A DNA stretch of 64,000 bases, taken from the NCBI GenBank assembly GCA_964234715.1, contig OZ174280.1. One strand, given 5' to 3'. Shown here one piece after another: positions 14,576-26,230 of this stretch (position 1 is its first letter; each line of letters starts with the position of its first letter). The DNA is from Podarcis melisellensis. Taxonomy: Eukaryota. Below the pieces are notes generated by a model. It had not been told where the DNA came from and did not search any database. It saw nothing but the letters and a program-made list of their open reading frames with translations. Both the position numbers and the translations under genes were made by a program.

Positions 14576-14800
14576 CAGTGGTTCCTCGGGTTAAGAACTT
14601 AATTCGTTTTGGAGGTCCGTTCTTAACCTGAAACTGTTCTTAACCTGAGGTACCACTTTAGCTAATGGGGCCTCCTGCTGCCACTGCACCGCCAGAGCAC
14701 GATTTCTGTTCTCATCCTGAAGTTAATTTCTAACCCGAGGTACTATTTCTGGGTTAGCGGAGTCTGTAACCTGAAGCGCCTGTAACCTGAGGTACCACTG
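14576..14800. mobile_element. Tc1/mariner-type MITE, family A
   Basis: TA|cagtggttcctcgggtta ... taacctgaggtaccactg|TA. Confidence 0.92.
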
Positions 14801-14977
14801 TACTTTTATTTTGTTTGTATCCTATTCTACATTTCTACATACAGTGTTAAGCTACTGAGTGTGAGTGTGGTATTGCAATAATCTTCTCCTCAAAAGCTAC
14901 AAAAACACATAAAGACACCCTGATTAGTCCCTGAAAATTTAGCTTGTATGGAATCTCATATTCAGGGGTGGTCCTTT

Positions 14978-15227
14978 GACCACCTGTGTGGTGTAGTGGT
15001 TAAGAGCGATAGACTCATAATCTGGTGAACCGGGTTCGTGTCTCCGCTCCTCCACATGCAGCTGCTGGGTGACCTTGGGCCAGTCACACTTCTCTGAAGT
15101 CTCTCAGCCCCACTCACCTCACAGAGTGTTTGTTGTGGGGGAGGAAGGGAAAGGAGAATGTTAGCCGCTTTGATACTCCTTAGTGTAGTGATAAAGCGGG
15201 ATATCAAATCCAAACTCCTCTTCTTCT
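14978..15227 (+). mobile_element. tRNA-derived CORE-type SINE (Squam3-like), near full length, (CTT)n tail
   Basis: Pol III A box tggtgtagtgg and B-box-like ggttcgtgtctcc; core gctgggtgaccttgggccagtcac; L2-like tail ending ctcctcttcttct. Confidence 0.85.
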
Positions 15228-15348
15228 ATGGTGAGGCAGAGTGAGGCAGCTGCCTCAGGTGGTACGTGCTGAGGGGCAGGGAAGGCAGATCTGTGAGTGC
15301 CATGTGGCCTACCTTGTACCCCCTAGGTTGGCCTTCTGGCCTCAAGTA

Positions 15349-15561
15349 CAGCTGTACCTCTCGAACGCCGCAAAGCTGGAAGTGAGTGTTCCAGTTTGCG
15401 AACGTTATTTGGAACCCGAATGTCCAACATGGGTTCTGCAGCTTCCAAGTGGCTACAGGAGCTTCCTGCAGCCAATCAGAAGCCACGCCTTGGTTTCTGG
15501 ACATTTTGGAAGTCAAACAGACTTCCAAAACGGATTCCGTTTGACTTCCGAGGTATGACTG
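15349..15561. mobile_element. Tc1/mariner-type MITE, family B
   Basis: TA|cagctgtacctc ... gaggtatgactg|TA. Central palindrome tggctacagga-gct-tcctgcagcca. Confidence 0.8.
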
Positions 15562-15888
15562 TATTTCCCTTTCACCAGTATTGGAGTATGATTAAACTGC
15601 CAGTCCAACAGGCTTCTGTATGTGCCTTGGGGGAGGGTGGCATCTTGTCCTTCACCTCAGGCAACAAAGTGTCTTGAGTCAGCCCTGCTTATCATCATCA
15701 TGACTCCTGCTTTTTCAACAGAACAATCTTGTGCTTCAGAACAATGCTTGTCTTTGCATTCAGAACAATGCTGGCACTGCTCAGGATATCTTAATACCAA
15801 ATACTTTTCAAAACCATCTATGGTATTACATAGGGCATAGGCTACAGCTTGTATTAACTCTTTCTCCCCCCTCTCTGATTTCTTTCAG

Positions 15889-15960
15889 CAATGAATGTGT
15901 CGGCTGCTGCTGATTTAATGCCTACATCATCATGGAATGTGTCAAGTGAACTTGACAAAG
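15889..15960 (+). CDS. ROR1: ROR1 exon 2 (72 nt, phase 1-1), N-terminal segment preceding the Ig domain
   Basis: Pyrimidine tract + tttcag| acceptor and aaag|gtaaat donor. Translates xMNVSAAADLMPTSSWNVSSELDK(D), matching human ..LVPTSSWNISSELNKD. Joins exon 3 in frame (G+AT=D). Not in the ORF track in this frame. Confidence 0.93.
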
Positions 15961-16612
15961 GTAAATGCAGGGGGGAAAGAGGAATTAAAAATCATCCTAG
16001 ATTTTAAGAAGCCATTCTTAAAGTTCCTTTGTTTTGTGCTTGATCATATCAAAATCTGCTGTTAAAGTCACAAGAAGGAGGAATTGAGACCTGTTTTGTA
16101 TGCCAAGCAATCATTTGATATTCAATTACACCCCAGAGTTTGTGATTTCTGAAGAATGTTGGGATTCACTCCCTCCCCTTTCTTACTTCAAGTAACACGT
16201 TCCACATGTTAAGAAAATATGTCAAGATGTGAATTATAGCAGTTTATGACCTACCTGACATTTCATCTGTGCCTCTTGGAATCTGGATTCAATATTACCT
16301 GCCTGGACTCTATGTTAACAAGCTTTGGTCTAAGTAGCCTTGCATGCACATTTTGCTATGAAATTTGGAGGCAATCAGTTAGTTGCTGGACTGGGAGGAG
16401 GAATGAAAAATCTTTTAATATTTGTATACAGCATGCAGAGAATTAGGATGTTGAATACACACACACAGTGGGCATGTGTTGGTCTGCAATTTGATTTGTG
16501 CTTGCATGAGAAACAAGTCTCCCATGCACACACAACGTGAAGTTGTTTTTGCATACCTGTTTTCCATGTCTTCAAATGGCTGTTAGTTTCTGAGATATGT
16601 GTATAATCTATA

Positions 16613-16769
16613 CAGTAGAATCTCAGAAACCAAACACCTGTAAACTCGAACGTTTTGGCTCCCGAACGATCGGAAACCGGAAGTGATTGTTCTGGTTTTC
16701 GAATTATTTTTGGAAGCCAAACATCTGGCGTGGCTTCCCCCCCTAACAAAAATCCTGGCTACACCCATG
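16613..16769. mobile_element. Chimeric relic: half of a family-B-like MITE joined to the terminus of a hAT-like MITE
   Basis: TA|cagtagaatctc, then cgaacg...ggaagtga...gttc similar to 15361-15430, then aaaaatcctggctacacccatg (a different terminus). Confidence 0.55.
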
Positions 16770-17067
16770 TACAGGAGTTCATTCCAGTCCTACACAGAGA
16801 TATTGCCCACATTCTGTCATTTTCTTCCACCGGGAAAAATGTATTGACACTTGTTTCTCTTGCGTCTCATCTAGCTTCACTCATGCACAGCATCTTTTTT
16901 CTTTTTCTGTTTGGTGATAGTGTGTTTCCACTGCTTAGAAATATGATCATGGAAGGTGGAATTCTTGGCCTCTTAAAATACCCTTCTTTCTTTCACTTTC
17001 TGGTCAGGAGAAAGTTGCCTTATAGCCCTTCCAAAGGGATGGGAAGAAAATAGGAAGTTGCCTTATA

Positions 17068-17317
17068 TAGTGGTACCTCAGGTTAAGTACTTAATTCATT
17101 CCGGAGGTCTGTTCTTAACCTGAAACTGTTCTTAACCTGAAGCACCACTTTAGCTAATGGGGCCTCCTGCTGCCACCGTGCTGCCGGAGCACGATTTCTG
17201 TTCTCATCCTGAAGCAAAGTTCTAAACCCGAGCTACTATTTCTGGGTTAGCAGAGTAGCAGAGTCTGTAACCTGAAGTGTATGTAACCTGAAGTGTATGT
17301 AACCCGAGGTACCACTG
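17068..17317. mobile_element. Tc1/mariner-type MITE, family A
   Basis: TA|tagtggtacctcaggtta ... taacccgaggtaccactg|TA. Appears inserted into an older repeat (ataggaagttgcctta-TA-ctg). Confidence 0.92.
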
Positions 17318-17573
17318 TACTGGGCTGGAAAGTTTGTCTCTCTCCAGTCCACCCTTACTGGAAGGCTCAGACAGAGGTCTTTCTCATCACTTGTTACCTA
17401 GCCCTTTCTTTAAAATATTTTATAAAAACAAAGTTTAACCAGGTTTAAAACATGCAGAACATGTGCTTTCCAATCCCACCCCGATAGGATCAAGGGTTTC
17501 CAATGGTCAGTTCTGGGGTGGGATTGCCAATCTCTTATCTGGCCTTTAAAGTACTGCAAAGCATGGTTTGATT

Positions 17574-18770
17574 TTTTACTAAAAAAAATTTATTAGTTTT
17601 TACAATATCAATGACAAACAAAAACATAAAACAAACAAAACATAACAAACATAAATCATAACCTTATTGAAAATAACAGTTATTTACTTTGTAAAACGAC
17701 TTCCTCGTTTCCCCTTAGTTGAATTTCATTGCATATCCTTATAACGGTTTTCCAAATCCCAATTTTAATACTCTTTAAATTAAACATTAACATCTTTAAA
17801 TCTTCTCCTTCTTGTATTAAACATATTATTTTATCAGTTAACATAGATACAATCCTAAGCCCTTTAAGTATCTGGATGCTATTTCCAGTTATTTTAGCTT
17901 AACAAATTTAACTAAATAATCTTTAAATTTCTTCCATTCTTCGTGGTGTTCCTCCTCCTCCTGGTCGCGGACTCTTCCGGTTAGATTGGCTAGCTCCATA
18001 CAATCCATCATCTTCATCTGCCATTCTTCTACTCTTGGTAATTCTTGAGTTTTCCACTTTTTAGCTAACAAAATACGAGCCGCAGTTGTGGCATACAAAA
18101 ATAGATTAACATCTTTCTTGGGCAATTCCGAACCTGTTATTCCAAGAAGAAAGGCCTCTGGTTTCTTTATAAAAGTATATTTCAACATTTTTTTCAATTC
18201 ATTATAAATCTTTTCCCAGAAGTCTTTCACCTTGGAGCAGGTCCACCACATATGAAAGAATGTTCCTTCCTTTTCTTTACATTTCCAACATGTATCATCA
18301 CAAGAATGATACATCTTTGCTAATTTTACAGGGGTCAAATACCATCTATACATCATTTTCATAATATTTTCCTTTAATAAAGTACATGCGGTGAACTTCA
18401 CCCCTTTCTTCCACAATCTTTCCCAGTCCTCAAACATTATGTTATGTCCTAAATCTCTTGCCCAATCTATCATCACCGATTTAACTTGTTCATCTTTCGT
18501 ATGCCAGTCCAGCAAAAGCTTGTAAATTTTAGATAAGTTTTTACCTTCAGTATCTAACAACTCCATCTCCAACTTAGATTTTTCCAAGGCAAAACCATTT
18601 TTCTTATCCAGTTTATACAATTCGTTAATCTGGTGGTAATGTAGCCAATTTAACTTACCTTTAATTTGCTCAAATGGTCTTAATTTATAGCCTTCCTCTT
18701 CCTCTATTAATAAGTCATAATATTTCAACCATTTGGTATCCATATTTAATTTTTTCTGGGCCTTTGCCTC
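17574..18770 (-). mobile_element. 5'-truncated L1-clade LINE (ORF2 C-terminus + 3' UTR), antisense in intron 2
   Basis: Open 294-aa frame (17889-18773) with RWYLTPVKL and the CCHC-like CWKC..EGTFFHMWWTC motif of L1 ORF2. AATAAA on the minus strand at 17589-17594. 12-bp TSD catggtttgatt (17562-17573) / catggttttatt (18771-18782). Confidence 0.92.
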
Positions 18771-20139
18771 CATGGTTTTATTAAATATAATAGCAAGGTC
18801 AGTAGTTCACCCACAGTGAACTTCCAGTGTTTTTAAACGTGCATTGAGAAATGACAGGTCATGCAAACATACAGCTTAAAGAAATCAACTTCCACCTGTT
18901 TTCCACAAGAGCTGGCATGTGGTCTCAGAAGCATCCATATAAACCGGATTTTAAAGCTTGTTAAACGCCTCATGTAAATTGGTTCCCAGCCAGCACTCCC
19001 AATTAAGCAGATGTCCCTATTCAGTGACCTTCACAGTTCCTGCCACTCTTCAGAAGCACTCCCTCCCCCAACAACCCCACAAATGTATACACTTCAGTGT
19101 TTCATTGGGTATGTTTTTCATGTTCTTATTAAAATATTGTAAAACTGAATGAGTATTTTTTAAAAAACAACAACAAACTTGTTATTCTGTCTCCCCTGCC
19201 CTCAACCTGACTACTTCTCCAGTGACTGTCTACCAACTGAGACTCATTCAACTTTCAGTTTTGATTAAATAAGCTAAATTGGCAGCATTAAACAGTTGCC
19301 TGTTTATCCTTTTTATCAGGAAATGAAATTTAAAAGGGACGCAACCACCCGTGAAGACCTGTTGAAAGCAGCAATTGATGCAGCAGGGAGGTGGTGGTTT
19401 CTCACCAAAACTTTAAAGAGAAATAAATGCTGCATTTTTTAAATTTAAAAAAAAAATCATTTTTAAAAGCATCTCCGGATCATCAAGTGCTTTTCTAGTT
19501 CCTCCTACCACCCTGGTTTCTCTTCCTACTTTTCAGCAGACATTTGTTACAGAGAAGAGATTATTATGTTGTTGCTGCTGCTGAATTTAACAGTTGTCAA
19601 AAGGGCATTTGCACATTAGAAATCTGAGTCTACAGACTTTTGGGGAAAATAGAGTCTTGTTATGAAGAAACAATAGATTGTCTTAGGACAACTGAGAGGA
19701 CAGACACAAGATCTTGTGATTGCAGAGCACCAGTTCATATATACAAGTCAATCATTGCTAGAGCAGGGGTGGGGGACCTCCGGCACACATGCCTAATTAG
19801 GCATGGTACAGATCCCAATTTGACCCACAATGTTGTTTCTTCCAAACCACACCCATATGCTACACAACCGACATAATAAGGGATTGTCAGTGCACAATCA
19901 GGAGCATTACAGTACACACACTGCTATGTATTGGCAAGGGAGACTTCCTGTTACTGCCAGTCAGCTGATTGGCAATGAAATTGAGCCAACTGGGATGAGC
20001 TTCACTATTAATTCCCCTTGGGGAGCTCTGTAGCCAGCTGATCCTTGAAAAGGCTTTGCAGGAAAGAACTTGCACTGGCTGCCAATATGCTTCCAGACCA
20101 AGTTTATGTTTCTTGTGTCTTGTGCTAATATACAAAGAC

Positions 20140-20518
20140 CTGGGGAGCTGGAGCTCATCAACCTAAGAAGGTAGCCCATCTAGGAGAAGGAAAACTGGTC
20201 TTAAAGCTTCACTGCTTTACGGGATATCTTTGGGAGAAGGAAAGGCTAAGGTACAAACCCTACACAAATCTGGAGTGGAGTCCCTAAGATGATTGGATTT
20301 CATCTTGCATCTTCTGGCAACTCCTGCAGCCAAGCTGGTGCCAAACGTATTGCTTTGCTTTCCTTTGGACCACATCAGTTGTTTGAGCAGCTCAGAACCT
20401 CCATACACACAGCCCGGCCTTGCCCCTTGGGAAGGTCACTTCGGTGCTGCTAATACAGCATCTGACTTCACCCCTAGAAGCAGACTCCATTGTCTCTTGA
20501 GACAGATGGATACCAACT
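20140..20518 (+). mobile_element. Probable non-autonomous RTE-related retroposon (5' UTR-like part + 3' end)
   Basis: ggagaaggaaaact near the start and the ending cagactccattgtctcttgagacagatggataccaac resemble a common squamate repeat. Family assignment is from memory. Confidence 0.5.
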
Positions 20519-21206
20519 ATAGGCAACTTGGTATTAGCATAGCTTAGGAACTGGCTGCCTAACTGCTTATGATCCTGTCCAATAACTGCAGTTGTTAGGA
20601 AGGGCATGTTAGTAATCCCTCATGGCCCCTGTTTTCTCCTCCGCCATCATCAGGAGTAGGGCTTTTAGGATGATAGTGCCTATTCTCTTAGACAAGCAGC
20701 AACATGTTGTTTCAGACCCTTTCTGAAAACCTTGCTATTCAGGCAAGCATTCTTCAAAAGTCTTCCAAAGATGACTGGAGCTGATAGATTGCTCCTTAAT
20801 ATATACAAATTCTGTAGCAGCAGGGATTCTGTAAAATCATTGTCAGTGCTCAAACTCCCCCCCCCCTGCAGTTTTTGCTCCCTTTCATTTTTGGTTGAAT
20901 GTGTGAATCCTATGCTCGCTTACTTTGGTGTACTGCTGAGGATGGCTCTGTTAATGTTGGTTTTGAGAGGGTCGAAATCCTCAGTGTTCAGATTCTCTAA
21001 TATTCTACTGAGTCTAATGCTTTTGGTCACTCATTTCTGTGGTGGTTCATAGATTACCCATGATTCTCATCACAAAATCTTTAAATGTGAAATTGCTTCA
21101 TGTGGTGAAAAGAGGTAAAATTACAGCTTTCATATTCATGCACAATTTACCTTTTCATTTTCTCTTGCTATACAGGGATATTCAGTAAATCAAGTGCCCC
21201 TTATGG

Positions 21207-21209
<3 letters not shown>

Positions 21210-21241
<32 letters not shown>
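21210..21241. repeat. (GT)n microsatellite
   Basis: Perfect dinucleotide run. Confidence 0.95.
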
Positions 21242-21243
<2 letters not shown>

Positions 21244-23092
21244 TTTCTATTTGTGGGGTCCCATGAGTAGCTGAGGCAGTAAATTACTATGACTTTGTTT
21301 GAGAATTTTTTTAGTTACAGCACATTAGCTCTTTTGTTTGCTTTTCCACTGATAGAGTGTGTGTTTTTGTTTGAGAATTTGTGTTTCTTGCATGTCTCAT
21401 TTATGGGTAATATAGGACGTAAAATGTGAAGGTCGTACAACAAAAGCTACCAAAGAAATTGACCTAAGTACCATTCACCAGTCTGCTAAACTGTTTCAGA
21501 AAATGTGTAACTTATTTCAGACTTTGGTTGGGTTTTTCCCCTTATAAACCCCAGTGTGTATAATGAATGTCTGACGTTACACACAAGGTAGCTATATATA
21601 ATAACCTTGCCCTGGCTCATCCAGCTATCTTGGTTTATTTGAAAGATTAATAGATCAGAGGGCCAAGGGACGTGTTTTATTGTACATTTCTGTTCCAGAT
21701 TTCCTGACATTTGGGGTTTAAAAAATAGACCTTTAACAGGCAAAGGAAGGGCTAATAAGAAGCAGATTCTAATGTGATTGTATGTCAAAATGTCAAAAAT
21801 AACTGCTTATCTTTGACTTCATAGCATTACTCTTCAGCCATTTTATTCAGTTAGATGGGTAGGCACATACATTTATTTATATATACACACAATCTGCTTC
21901 ATTGCATTATTCTCCATCCTCTATGTATGTGTGATATATCTACACATGCAAATATATATCTATATACGCATAGAGGAGACCTCTACATATATACCTATTT
22001 GTACACACTTTTAGTGAGTTGAGGTTTGGAATAAGACACAGTTTGGTTTCTAAAGCGACAACAAAATCCCTTGATGTTTTTCAGTAGTTTAGGTTACAAG
22101 ATGATAGGGATTTTTGTATGCTAGTCACAAATTACTTATTTGTTATAAATAATAATTTGTAGCATATAGCTTTTCTAGACTGTGATTTCCTTTTCTTTTT
22201 TTATACAGTTGTTGAACCTGCTACTTTAATCATACATTTGTAAATGCTACGTGTGTGTGTGTGTGTGTGCCTGCCTCTAACAACATAATTGTTGTTATAG
22301 TTTGTGCATTTGCTTTGGGCCATTTTGGAACTGATAGATTTTATAAATTAGTAACAAGTGTGTAGATCTCCTGCTTGTTTTATAAACCAGATTTCAAGTA
22401 AAGAAAAATGTAATTCCTCCACACCAGTTTTCACTTATCAAAATTGTCACCAAAGCTCTTTGGAAATTTTAAAATGCATTCAGAAACAAAGCAGTATGAA
22501 AAAATCTAAAACACAGAATTGAAAACTGTCAAAAGGAGCATAGTCAGATAGAAAATCCACTTTGTATTGACAGCTAAAAGTTTGCTTGTTCTCCTTACCA
22601 TCTTTGAAAATATTGAAGGCCGTTCTAGAGTAAATCTCAATTTAAAAGTTGCAGCATAAATTAATAAATAATGTCATTAAAGTTTGGTCATCTTCCATTT
22701 TTGAAATCTCATTTATGGTAGTCACTCTAAGAGTAACCGCTTTTTTATTTTTGTTTTTGTGAGGAGTCATTATTCATCCAATCATATATGGCATCATATA
22801 TTGTTAACTTCCCTTATATGAAAATTAGGAATAAATATAAATATATTTGTTCTAACTTTTAAATAAATTTCAGTGTCTGTTCATCTCATGCCTGCTACTC
22901 TGCTGCTATACAATTGACTGTGTGCTAAGGGGATATTATTGAATTGAATTAATACATTTAGGAATGTGCTGTCTGGAATGCACTATTAAAATACTGTTGC
23001 CCTTGTTTTACTGCCTTTTCCCTTCAGTGGGGGTCAAAGACTGAGGTTTCATGAAATTTTATTCTGCTTCCTTTCCTGTTTCAAATATTGAC

Positions 23093-23430
23093 ATTTATTT
23101 ATTTAAAACATTTCTTTATACTTGATTTTCATCATAAATCATCCAGGACAACAAAACTCAATGAAGCAATAGTGGTTGACAGGAAAAGGCAAAATTAACT
23201 TATCCATTTAAAGCTTTGAAGAAGGAAACTGTATTCATCTGGTACCTGAAGTTCAGAGAGCAGGCAACAGAAGAGTTCCTAGGAAGAACATTTCATTATT
23301 GGGATGCCAGCACTGAGAAAATTCAGTTCTGAGTTGCCACCTATCTAACCTCTGAAGGTGTGGGCACTTAGAGCAGGGCTTCCAATGGAGATATTACAGT
23401 ATACTTAAAGAATGGACAACTTCATATGGA
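23093..23430 (-). mobile_element. Degraded L2-clade LINE 3' fragment
   Basis: atttatttattt tail; the minus strand gives an FSVLAS..-like remnant of the L2 'AFSV.AP.LWN.LP' motif. Confidence 0.5.
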
Positions 23431-23455
23431 AGTTTCTCTGCTCCCAAAACATACA

Positions 23456-23557
23456 GTGAGATTAGAGTATATGGTTTGAGTGCCAGACCAGGACAAGGGA
23501 GACAGATTCAACTGTCCACTTGGCCATGAAGCTCACTGGGTGACTGTGAGTCGGTCC

Positions 23558-23629
<72 letters not shown>

Positions 23630-23722
23630 AATGTACATGAAAGGGTTGTGATAAAATGAAGGGAGGGAACCATGTATGCCACCTTAAGCTCCTAAATTGA
23701 AGGGTGACAAAAATATAATAAA
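23456..23722 (+). mobile_element. Old CORE-type SINE with an internally expanded (TC)n tract (~23562-23625)
   Basis: ccacttggccatgaagctcactgggtgactgtgagtc core; agggttgtg...aaatg...gggaaccatgtatgccacctt tail ending ataataaat. Similar to the SINE at 14978. Confidence 0.68.
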
Positions 23723-26197
23723 TGAACCCCAGAAGCTTATATGCTGGCTGCAAAGAGACAGTGTCTTTTCCTTTTTCATTCTGTGGCTTGAGTGTTGGTA
23801 GTCTAAATAAATCAGAAAGGCTGATAGAGATGTATGACACTGTGAAGCTGTCTAGCTTCTGGTGGGTGGGTAGGTGTAAGAGAGAGGGGAAGGGAGAAAA
23901 AAGGAAGAAAGGAAGAAAGAAAATGGCTAAGCTTTCAGAAAATATCCACCCTAATGCCTATTGCCTGCTTCTGTATATTATTAACTCGGAAAGGAATATA
24001 TGCAGTGGAACAATAAAAAGAAAACACAATCCATTCAGCACTATGTGTTTGGATAAAGCTTTCTATGAATGCTTCATTGAGAACTTTGGTGAAATAAAAG
24101 CAAGCTGGCTGAGCAAAATGAGTTGCTGGCCTTTGCTTCCTGCTTGAAATGCTGATGACCAAATATTTCCATTCACGTCTCTTTTAACTTTTTGATATGC
24201 TTCATGTGGGTTGCCAAATAATAAAAAAGCATTATTCTGTTGTCTGAAATGTCAATTTGCATTTTCCTTGTTTTTATTAATCAATATGATGAAATGATTC
24301 ATTTTAAAGACACTCCTGCATCCTCTTTTGCTGCCATCTTCATTACCCCAAGGAAAAGGAAAAGAGGAACTAAGGTTCTTTACTTGCATTCAATTCTTAT
24401 TTTTGCAGCTGAGTGGCTTGGAACAGATTCTAGCATGACATCCTGGTAGTACTAACAGCAGCATTAGCAATGATAATGAGCTTTTTGCTTTTGCCTTAGC
24501 ATGCCAAATGTTCATCAGAATAAGTTGCAACTTAAGTTTAAGTTAGAATAATCCTACAAAGATTCAAATTCCTTTGCAAGAATTTGCCAGTTTTACTTTA
24601 AAACGCACCTGGACGCCACCACTTAAAGTAGTAAATAGTCTGAAAGCTTTCCTGTTTTAACAATGCACATATTTCTTCTTACAATGCACATTTTGTGGTT
24701 TCAGAACTCCTTAAACTTAACTGTGTATTAAAGCACTATTCCATAATGAAAAAATGAGGGGGAAAGTTGCAGAATAAAGACACCTAATATTTAGTTTTTG
24801 CATTCTTTGTCTCCAGTTTATACTCTTAGACTCATGAAGGTGACTTATGATGTGCAGTGTTTTCTTTGGCAATGCCTCAAAACCAGAAACATATTTAAGG
24901 CCAAGCTTTCTAGATATTATCTCAAGTAATTTAGAAGTTCATTATAGGGCACCCACTAGGCCTGCTACAGTAAGGGTCTGTCAGCATTTTACAGTGGTTT
25001 ATAACTTGAGCATAAAGAAAAAAAGTCTCTGTGGGTTGAAACTTGGCATTTAGGATTTAAGACTGGGAACAGATTGTTTTAACAAATTGAAAAGTAAAAT
25101 TGACTTGTTATCAAATTATATGTGGTCTAAATTTTAGATTTCTGGTTTCATCTCAAAATTTCTGACATTAAAGTATTTTCTGAAAGCGTCGTCATACATG
25201 CTTGGTATCAAACAAAGGCGAATACCGGTATATGTTTTTTAAAAAGGAAGAAAATGCTAACTGATTTATGGTACAATCCTTAAATCCTCCTAAATTCAGA
25301 CATATAATTGGTGTATTCTGTAGCAATTAGCTTGAGTGCCATAGCCAAAAAAATATTAAAAGGGTTGATGATATAATTTGGGTCAGGATTTATATTATGC
25401 AACCTGTTTTCAATGACAGTGTTCATGTGAAGAACAGGTGAAGCAGTAATAAAACAATTGTCCTTCTGAGGATCCATCTGGATACTATGGTTCTCTCTCC
25501 CCCTCTGCACACAGTGGCCTAGGTAGCAAAACTCAGGTTTACTCAGTGCTGCCCCACCCTTTCCTCCACACATCAATTGGGAAATCCTGTTTTTACTTGA
25601 AAATGCATCTTCCTGACACTGTAATCAGGTGGGTAATCCGTGGCCTTATGTGTGCAGCATCTGGTAGCACTCAGGGATCTCTCTTCCTTTCCATAAACCC
25701 TGCAGTGGCATTGGAGCTTGGAGACTCAGCCTAACAGAGCATCCTTTAGAAATACGTTCTAGCTGCTACACTTCATGGAGAGGAAGATACCCTTGCTACT
25801 GCCTTCTGTGATGACTTCTCATGGCCTCCCACAACACACCACAGGTGTGACATAGTGATCCAGAAGCTCCTCTTGCTCCTCTTGTGAAGATTTTATTTCC
25901 ACTGGGAACCCTGTGCTTTGCCACACTTCTTGGTGCAGTCCTGAAACGGGGAAAACTCTACAATGGTGTTGGGAAGATGCTTCAGAAATGCCTCCTTGAG
26001 ACTTAATGTCGAAGTAAACCTATATAAGTTCAGACTACAGGAACTATAAGAGGCAGACAAAGGATGGGAGGGAAACTTAAGAATGTGTATGAATGGATGT
26101 GTGTGTGAGAGAATAAGATGATGAATGATGGATGGACGGCTGGGGTGTATACTTGGTGTGTGAATGGATGACTTGTGGGTTGGGGGCTTGTGTGAAA

Positions 26198-26230
26198 GAA
26201 TGAATGAATGAATGAATGAATGAATGAATG
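26198..26230. repeat. (GAAT)n microsatellite
   Basis: Tetranucleotide run within a GT/GA-rich low-complexity patch. Confidence 0.9.

Larger units (their letters stand above)
14963..15687. mobile_element. hAT-type MITE (host element) interrupted by two younger insertions
   Basis: Ends caggggtggtcc / gagtcagccctg. Internal tgaggcag...ctgcctca and catcttgt...cctcagg segments are colinear with the uninterrupted element at 46137-46346. TSD is degenerate (ctcatatt/cttatcat). Confidence 0.68.

Noticed and set aside
14985-15055. tRNA gene
   Set aside because: The A/B boxes belong to a SINE head that continues into CORE and tail sequence; no intact cloverleaf.
1-15888. ROR1 exon 1 or promoter
   Set aside because: No CpG island or signal-peptide-coding exon found; this region is interpreted as the distal part of the long intron 1.
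17889-18773. 294-aa minus-strand ORF as a nested host gene
   Set aside because: It is an L1 ORF2 C-terminus bounded by a TSD and a poly(A) signal; no promoter or splice evidence.
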